From the NCBI GenBank assembly GCA_963676105.1, contig OY781039.1, positions 810,001 through 842,000 of the forward strand: 32,000 nt of DNA, written 5' to 3'. This document shows, in pieces, positions 23,615 to 32,000 of the stretch. Each line of letters begins with the position of its first letter. The first letter of the stretch is position 1. Position numbers and translations under genes: made by a program. The notes below the pieces were generated by a model. The model was not told the DNA's origin. It made no database searches and saw only the letters and a program-made list of their open reading frames with translations. Source of the stretch: Erysipelotrichaceae bacterium (GTDB lineage: Bacteria; Bacillota_I; Bacilli_A; Erysipelotrichales; Erysipelotrichaceae).

Positions 23615-25020
23615 TTTGGCTCCTTTACTTGATCATGAAGCCCTGTGACTTTTTCAAAGCCATAGGCAATATCTAGAAGTTTTGCTTCTTCAAACGCTTT
23701 TGCATTTAAGTTAACCCCAACCGGTAGTCCATCAACAAAGCCCATTGGAACGGTAATACTTGGTGTGCCTGCAAAGTTTGCGAGTGCCATAAAGTTTTCC
23801 GCAATTAAATATTCAGAAGATAGTTGATCCACAGAATCATCTCCCACTTTAGGAGCACCTTGTGCTGACGCAGGTGCGATAAGCACATCAACTTGTGTCA
23901 AAACATCATTTAAGTTTTCGACAATTAAGCGTCTTACCTTTTGTGCTTTTCTAAAGATTTTCTCTTGGTTTTCAATAAATAGAGCATAGGATCCAATGAC
24001 AAAACGTTTACGTAATAATGGACCAAAGCCTGCTGTACGTGAGTTTGTCATGACTTCTTCAATATTATTGCCTTCTTTTGCGACACCAAAGCGTAAACCA
24101 TCTAAATTTGAATGGTTAGCGGTTGCTTCTGCATTCGCAATAACATAATAAGTAGGCAAGAAGGCATGCATTAATTCGTCTTTAAGTCGAATAGAAACGA
24201 TTTCAGCCCCTTCTGCTTTAAGCTTTTCACATAAGTCATTAAAAAGCGCTTTTGTTTCTGAGATTTGAATCGCATCTAAGACATTTTCTAAGATACCAAT
24301 TTTCTTCCCTTTTAAATCACCTGTTAAAAGTTCACTATATTTTTCAACAGGCTTAGTGGATGAAGTCATATCACGCTCATCACGACCTGCGAGCACTTCT
24401 AAAGTAGATGCCGCATCACTTACATTTTGAGTAAAATAAGCAACATGATCTAAAGAGGAAGCATATGGAATAACCCCATAGCGTGATATACGTCCATAAC
24501 TTGGTTTAAAACCAACAATATTATTAAAGGAGGCAGGTTTACGAACACTATCACCTGTATCTGAACCAATCGCCATTGGCACAACACCACTTGCGACCAT
24601 AACAGCTGATCCACCTGAGGAGCCACCTGACATACGGGATAAATCATAAGGATTATAAACTGGCCCAGTGGCAGCGGTCATATTGGTTCCACCCATGCCA
24701 AAGGTATCACAGGATGTTTTCGCAATAATAATCGCACCTGCTTCCTGTAATTTTTCAGTAATTGTCGCATCATAAGGTGAGACATAGTTTTCTAAAATCA
24801 TGGAAGAACCAGTTGTAATAGTCCCCTTCATATTGATTAAATCTTTTAAGACAATTGGCTTACCAAATAAAGGATGTTTATTTTCTTTGTCTTCTAAGTC
24901 TTTTAATTGCTTATTGGGATCAATAAAGTTAACTACAGCATTTAAATCAGCTTGAAATGCTTTTGCCTTATCTAAAGCAGGCATCACTGATGTGATACTT
25001 TCAAAATCTTTAATCGCCAT
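23611..25020 (-). CDS. gatA: Asp/Glu-tRNA(Asn/Gln) amidotransferase subunit A
   Basis: The amidase signature GGSSGGSA...GSDTGDSVRKPA with the catalytic Ser-cisSer-Lys context. 1-nt TAATG overlap with gatC. Confidence 0.97.
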   Translation of the reverse strand: MAIKDFESITSVMPALDKAKAFQADLNAVVNFIDPNKQLKDLEDKENKHPLFGKPIVLKDLINMKGTITTGSSMILENYVSPYDATITEKLQEAGAIIIAKTSCDTFGMGGTNMTAATGPVYNPYDLSRMSGGSSGGSAVMVASGVVPMAIGSDTGDSVRKPASFNNIVGFKPSYGRISRYGVIPYASSLDHVAYFTQNVSDAASTLEVLAGRDERDMTSSTKPVEKYSELLTGDLKGKKIGILENVLDAIQISETKALFNDLCEKLKAEGAEIVSIRLKDELMHAFLPTYYVIANAEATANHSNLDGLRFGVAKEGNNIEEVMTNSRTAGFGPLLRKRFVIGSYALFIENQEKIFRKAQKVRRLIVENLNDVLTQVDVLIAPASAQGAPKVGDDSVDQLSSEYLIAENFMALANFAGTPSITVPMGFVDGLPVGVNLNAKAFEEAKLLDIAYGFEKVTGLHDQVKEPK

Positions 25021-25310
25021 TATAAAACCACCTTCTTCGTCACAAAGAATCCATTCTTTTGATCAGGTGCATTCTTTAGTGCTTCTTCTTGTGTTAAGAC
25101 ATGATCAACCACATCTTCTCTTAAAAAATGAGTTGCCGTTTCAAAGGGATACACCATCTCTTCTACCCCTTCAGTATCAATTTGATCTAGAAGATTCATT
25201 TGTTGAATGAGTACATCAAATTCATAAGCAATATCATTTGCTTCATCATCGCTTAAATCAAAGCGTAATTGATGCGCTAAATTTTTAAAATATTCTGCAT
25301 CATAAGTCAT
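25020..25310 (-). CDS. gatC: Asp/Glu-tRNA(Asn/Gln) amidotransferase subunit C
   Basis: 96-aa acidic protein at the head of gatCAB. LAHQLRFDLSDDE and LRED are typical of GatC. AGGAGGA SD. Confidence 0.9.
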   Translation of the reverse strand: MTYDAEYFKNLAHQLRFDLSDDEANDIAYEFDVLIQQMNLLDQIDTEGVEEMVYPFETATHFLREDVVDHVLTQEEALKNAPDQKNGFFVTKKVVL

Positions 25311-25322
25311 AAAAATATCCTC

Positions 25323-28372
<3,050 letters not shown>

Positions 28373-30523
28373 TTATACCTTTGTGATGGATGGGTGCTCA
28401 ACCATGAGTTTTTTAACACCATGTGGATAATCAAAGGCAATCTCAGCTAGAACACCATCTAATGTTAGAATAACACCTTGTCCAAATGTTGTGTGAGTGA
28501 CCATATCTCCCACTTTATATTTTGATTTAACTTTTTTACGCATACCATCATTAAAAGTAGGTTTTGTGCCGAATTTTTGTTTAAGATTAGCTTCACGTGG
28601 TTTTTTATAATCATAGTTCACACCAATGTGATCCATATGTTTTTCATCAACTTCATCTACAAAACGAGAACGTGAACGTACTCGATTTAAAACGAAAGAA
28701 TAGCCTGAAACTTCAGTTAAATAAAGTTTATTTTTAGCACGTGTATAGGCAACATAGGCTAAACGTCTCTCTTCTTCTAGACCTCTTTTACCTTCACTCA
28801 TACTTCTTTCATTAGGGAATACACCCTCTGATAAACCGACCACAAAGACCGTATCAAACTCGAGTCCCTTAGCCGCATGAATCGTCATCATTTGAATGTA
28901 TTCTCCTGATGTTAGTTCATTCTTATCTCCATACAATGAAACCATTTGAAGATATTCTTCTAAACCTGCTTCAGGGTATTGATTCTGAAAGGTAATCACG
29001 TCATTGATGAGTTCCTTGATATTTTCTAAACGATCAACTTCATGGTTTTCTTCATACATATGACGAATGCCACTTTCATTAGCCACTGCTTCTAAAATAT
29101 CTAAGATCGGTTTTTCATCAAGCATCATTTGTTTAAAACGTTCTATCATTTCGACAAAACGATCGATGGTTTTACCTGATTTTCCACTAATTGGATTATT
29201 GGAAGACACGAGTTCATAGTATGAACACTTAGCTTTCTTAGCTTCTTGATGTATCGTATCAACGGTTTTATTTCCAATCCCTCTTTTAGGCACATTAATA
29301 ATTCGTTTAAAGGCTAAATCATCAGCTGTACTTAACATTCTTAGGTAAGCTAACATATCTTTAATTTCAGCACGATCATAGAATCGTGTGCCACCATAAA
29401 TGACATACGGCACTTGGGCATCTAAACAGCCTTTTTCAATGGAACGAGAAAGGTAATTTGAACGATAAAGAATCGCCATATCTTTATAAGCTAAACCCGC
29501 ATCATGTTTCTTCTGTATTTCAGCTAAAACCCAACGTCCTTCTTGTTCTTCATCCGCAAAAGCACAATGGGTGATCTTTTCATCACTGACTTTCTCGGTA
29601 AAGAGTTCTTTATCTACCCGATATTGATTGTTTTTAATTAAAGCATTTGAACCTCTTAAGATATGTTGAGTCGAACGATAGTTTTGATTCAAAATAATGG
29701 TTTTCGTAGGTTTAAAATCTTTCTCAAAATTCATGATGATATTGACATCAGCCCCACGCCAGGTATAAATCGTTTGGTCGGGATCACCCACAACATAGAG
29801 TTGATTCTCTGCCCCGGCCAATTGTTTAATCAGTTTATATTGAACGCGATCGATATCTTGGAATTCGTCCACATGAACAAAGTTAAAACGACGTTGCCAC
29901 TTATCTAAGATTGATTCATGGGTTTCAAACATCTTAACTGTGACTAAAAGTAAATCATCAAAGTCTAAGGCATATAAAGCTTTTTGACGTTCAACGTAAT
30001 ATTTATACACAGCTGCTTTATCTTTTTCACCAGGATGATTACCCGCTAAAACAGCCGCTCTTTCAACCGAAACTTCTGCACCTTTATTGTTAGAGATATA
30101 ATCCAACATGGAATTAAGTGATATCTTTTGAACTTCAAGTCCTATTTCTTTATAAGCTTCTTTTAAAATGCTTTTTTGATCATCTGAATCCATAACCGTA
30201 AAGTTACGTGGTAAATCCATGCTCGGACTATCTTCGCGTAATATACGCACACAAAGTGAGTGTATGGTTGAAATATGCACACCAGCTGATGTAGATCCCA
30301 TCATTTCATCTAGTCTGTATTTCATTTCATTCGCTGCTTTGTTGGTGAATGTAATCGCTAAAATCGATGAAGGAAAAACGCCCAAGTCTGTAATTAGGTG
30401 GCGTATTCTTTCAATGAGTACCCGTGTTTTACCAGATCCTGCTCCAGCAACAATACGAACGTAGCGATCTTGGGTAAGAACAGCTTCGTTTTGATTTTGA
30501 TTAAGTTGAGTTTTTGTAGACAT
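28373..30523 (-). CDS. pcrA: ATP-dependent DNA helicase PcrA (UvrD/Rep superfamily 1)
   Basis: LNQNQNEAV, Walker A AGAGSGKT, motif II VDEFQD, QNYRS, and VAYTRAK. I move the start to ATG 30523 (MSTKTQLN). The track start is a TTG 6 codons upstream. Confidence 0.95.
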   Translation of the reverse strand: MSTKTQLNQNQNEAVLTQDRYVRIVAGAGSGKTRVLIERIRHLITDLGVFPSSILAITFTNKAANEMKYRLDEMMGSTSAGVHISTIHSLCVRILREDSPSMDLPRNFTVMDSDDQKSILKEAYKEIGLEVQKISLNSMLDYISNNKGAEVSVERAAVLAGNHPGEKDKAAVYKYYVERQKALYALDFDDLLLVTVKMFETHESILDKWQRRFNFVHVDEFQDIDRVQYKLIKQLAGAENQLYVVGDPDQTIYTWRGADVNIIMNFEKDFKPTKTIILNQNYRSTQHILRGSNALIKNNQYRVDKELFTEKVSDEKITHCAFADEEQEGRWVLAEIQKKHDAGLAYKDMAILYRSNYLSRSIEKGCLDAQVPYVIYGGTRFYDRAEIKDMLAYLRMLSTADDLAFKRIINVPKRGIGNKTVDTIHQEAKKAKCSYYELVSSNNPISGKSGKTIDRFVEMIERFKQMMLDEKPILDILEAVANESGIRHMYEENHEVDRLENIKELINDVITFQNQYPEAGLEEYLQMVSLYGDKNELTSGEYIQMMTIHAAKGLEFDTVFVVGLSEGVFPNERSMSEGKRGLEEERRLAYVAYTRAKNKLYLTEVSGYSFVLNRVRSRSRFVDEVDEKHMDHIGVNYDYKKPREANLKQKFGTKPTFNDGMRKKVKSKYKVGDMVTHTTFGQGVILTLDGVLAEIAFDYPHGVKKLMVEHPSITKV

Positions 30524-30574
30524 ATGCATATAGTATACCAAAACTTAGGGCTAATAATAGGTCATGTGTCCAAG

Positions 30575-30601
30575 AAAAAACCAAGTGAATTATTCACTTG
30601 G
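30575..30601 (-). terminator. Intrinsic terminator of gltX
   Basis: The minus-strand RNA forms CCAAGUGAA-UAA-UUCACUUGG (perfect 9-bp stem) followed by UUUUUUC. The loop is the gltX stop codon and the 5' arm encodes the last three residues. Confidence 0.85.
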
Positions 30602-32000
30602 TTCTATATAAGCTTTTAGTTTTTCAATTCCAATTTTTGTACGACGAATACTTTCTTCTTTACCAATGATATATGGAACTTCTAAAGCACCACCAGGGGT
30701 AAATTGTTTACCAGTAATCGCAGTACGTACTGGCCAGTAATATTGGCCATTTTTACATTCTAATTTTGCTGGCACTAACTGCATTTTTTCATGTAATTCA
30801 TCCACAGATGTCCAATCTTCAATCTCTTCATAACACTTTAGACTTGCCTCAAGTGCCGCAATTGAGTTTTCTTTATTAGTTTTCATCTTTTTATGGAAGA
30901 ACATCGTCACATCATAGTCTTCATTAAATGTATCAATGAAATCAACCATTTCAGGGATTTCAGAAAGATATGCAACACGTTGCTGAAGCATCTTTGCGAC
31001 TTCTAATAAATCACAATCAAGTTTTATACCCTCTTTTATATAAGGTAGGGCTAATTCATAGAACTCTTCTAAAGATTTAGCACGAATGTATTGACCATTC
31101 ATCCATTTAAGTTTTTCTATATCAAAGATAGCTGGTGCTTTGGATACACGTTTAACATTAAACGCTTGCGTTAACTCTTCTAATGTATAGATTTCTTGAT
31201 TAGTTTCAGGTGCCCATCCAAGTAGTGCAATATAATTTAAAATAGCTTCAGGTAAATATCCTTTAGATTCTAAGTCTTGGAAAGAGGCATCCCCATTACG
31301 TTTGGATAATTTATGTTGCTCATCCTTCATAACAGGAGGTAAGTGAACATAGGTTGGTTTTTCCCAACCAAAACTTTCATAAATTAAGTTATATTTTGGG
31401 GTAGAAGATAAATACTCATTTCCACGTACCACATGCGTAATATTCATTTGATGATCATCAACAACATTCGCAAAGTTATAGGTTGGAAAACCATCTCTTT
31501 TAAGTAAAACTTGTTCATCTAAAATTTCGCGCTCTACTTCAATATCTCCATAAACTTCATCATGGAAAACAGTCGCAGCTCCCTCTTTGATACTTTGACG
31601 GATAACATATTCTTGAGATTGTTTCTTTTCTTCAATTTCTTCTTTACTTAAGTGATTACATGGATCATTAAATTTAAAAGGAATGCCAGCTTTTTCAGCT
31701 GCTTCTTTTTGTGATTGTAAAACGGTCTCATCACAGAAACAGTAGTGAGCTCCACCCTTTTCAACGAGTTCCTCTGCATAGCCTTTATACATCCCTAAAC
31801 GCTCAGATTGAACGTATGGTCCATAGTTGCCTGGTTTATCTGGTCCTTCATCATAATGAAGACCTACTTTGTTTAAAGTGTCATAAATGACATCAATCGA
31901 ACCTTCCACTAAACGGGCTTGATCGGTATCTTCAATTCTTAAAATAAATTCGCCACCATCTTTTTTTGCGACTAGATATTCATACAATGCGGTACGTAAA
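30590..32000 (-). CDS. gltX: Glutamyl-tRNA synthetase, N-terminus cut by right window edge
   Basis: The reading frame stays open to nt 32000 (LRTALYEYLVAKKDGGEFILRIEDTD). It has the class I KMSKS variant KLSKRNG. The HIGH motif would lie just beyond the window. Confidence 0.95.
   Translation of the reverse strand, partial: LRTALYEYLVAKKDGGEFILRIEDTDQARLVEGSIDVIYDTLNKVGLHYDEGPDKPGNYGPYVQSERLGMYKGYAEELVEKGGAHYCFCDETVLQSQKEAAEKAGIPFKFNDPCNHLSKEEIEEKKQSQEYVIRQSIKEGAATVFHDEVYGDIEVEREILDEQVLLKRDGFPTYNFANVVDDHQMNITHVVRGNEYLSSTPKYNLIYESFGWEKPTYVHLPPVMKDEQHKLSKRNGDASFQDLESKGYLPEAILNYIALLGWAPETNQEIYTLEELTQAFNVKRVSKAPAIFDIEKLKWMNGQYIRAKSLEEFYELALPYIKEGIKLDCDLLEVAKMLQQRVAYLSEIPEMVDFIDTFNEDYDVTMFFHKKMKTNKENSIAALEASLKCYEEIEDWTSVDELHEKMQLVPAKLECKNGQYYWPVRTAITGKQFTPGGALEVPYIIGKEESIRRTKIGIEKLKAYIEPSE

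Overview
This is an AT-rich (about two-thirds A+T by eye, not computed), very gene-dense chromosomal segment. It appears to come from a low-GC Gram-positive-type genome (Bacillota, Erysipelotrichia-like or Acholeplasma-like). That placement is inferred only from the Bacillus-type gene order gltX / pcrA-ligA-camS-gatCAB and from AT-biased codon use.

I call 35 protein-coding genes, two of them cut by the window edges, and 33 lie on the minus strand. I also call 7 intrinsic terminators, several promoter/operator candidates and one gene relic. I recognised no rRNA, tRNA, CRISPR array, transposase, integrase or phage gene.

Layout:
- 0-8.7 kb: small regulator-led accessory units. These are PadR + split permease, PadR-flavodoxin-GrpB, MFS-DUF1232, TetR divergent from SDR-cyclase-unknown, pirin, and rubrerythrin.
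- 8.8-15.6 kb: a nucleotide second-messenger neighbourhood. It holds two GGDEF diguanylate cyclases, one of them a Cache-size/HAMP/PAS sensor. It also holds an operon of GAF-HD-GYP phosphodiesterase, YciI/DGPF-like protein and a UPF0016 cation transporter with an extra TM helix and a Cys/His-rich C-terminal domain. Finally it holds what looks like the decayed 3' end of an EAL phosphodiesterase gene.
- 15.6-16.6 kb: the item I rate highest. This is a solitary 326-aa RelA/SpoT-synthetase-only protein of atypical architecture. It sits between the two longest non-coding spacers of the window, next to the EAL relic and a 51-bp palindrome. It could be an unconventional small alarmone synthetase or a cis-autoinhibited toxSAS-like effector.
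- 16.8-20.1 kb: Ldh_2 dehydrogenase, an aldo/keto reductase behind a MerR-type 19-bp-spacer promoter, VOC, GNAT and PpnP.
- 20.1-32 kb: housekeeping (rlmCD, unknown membrane protein, gatCAB, camS, ligA, pcrA, gltX).

All functional calls rest on motif recognition by eye. No database search or computation was possible.
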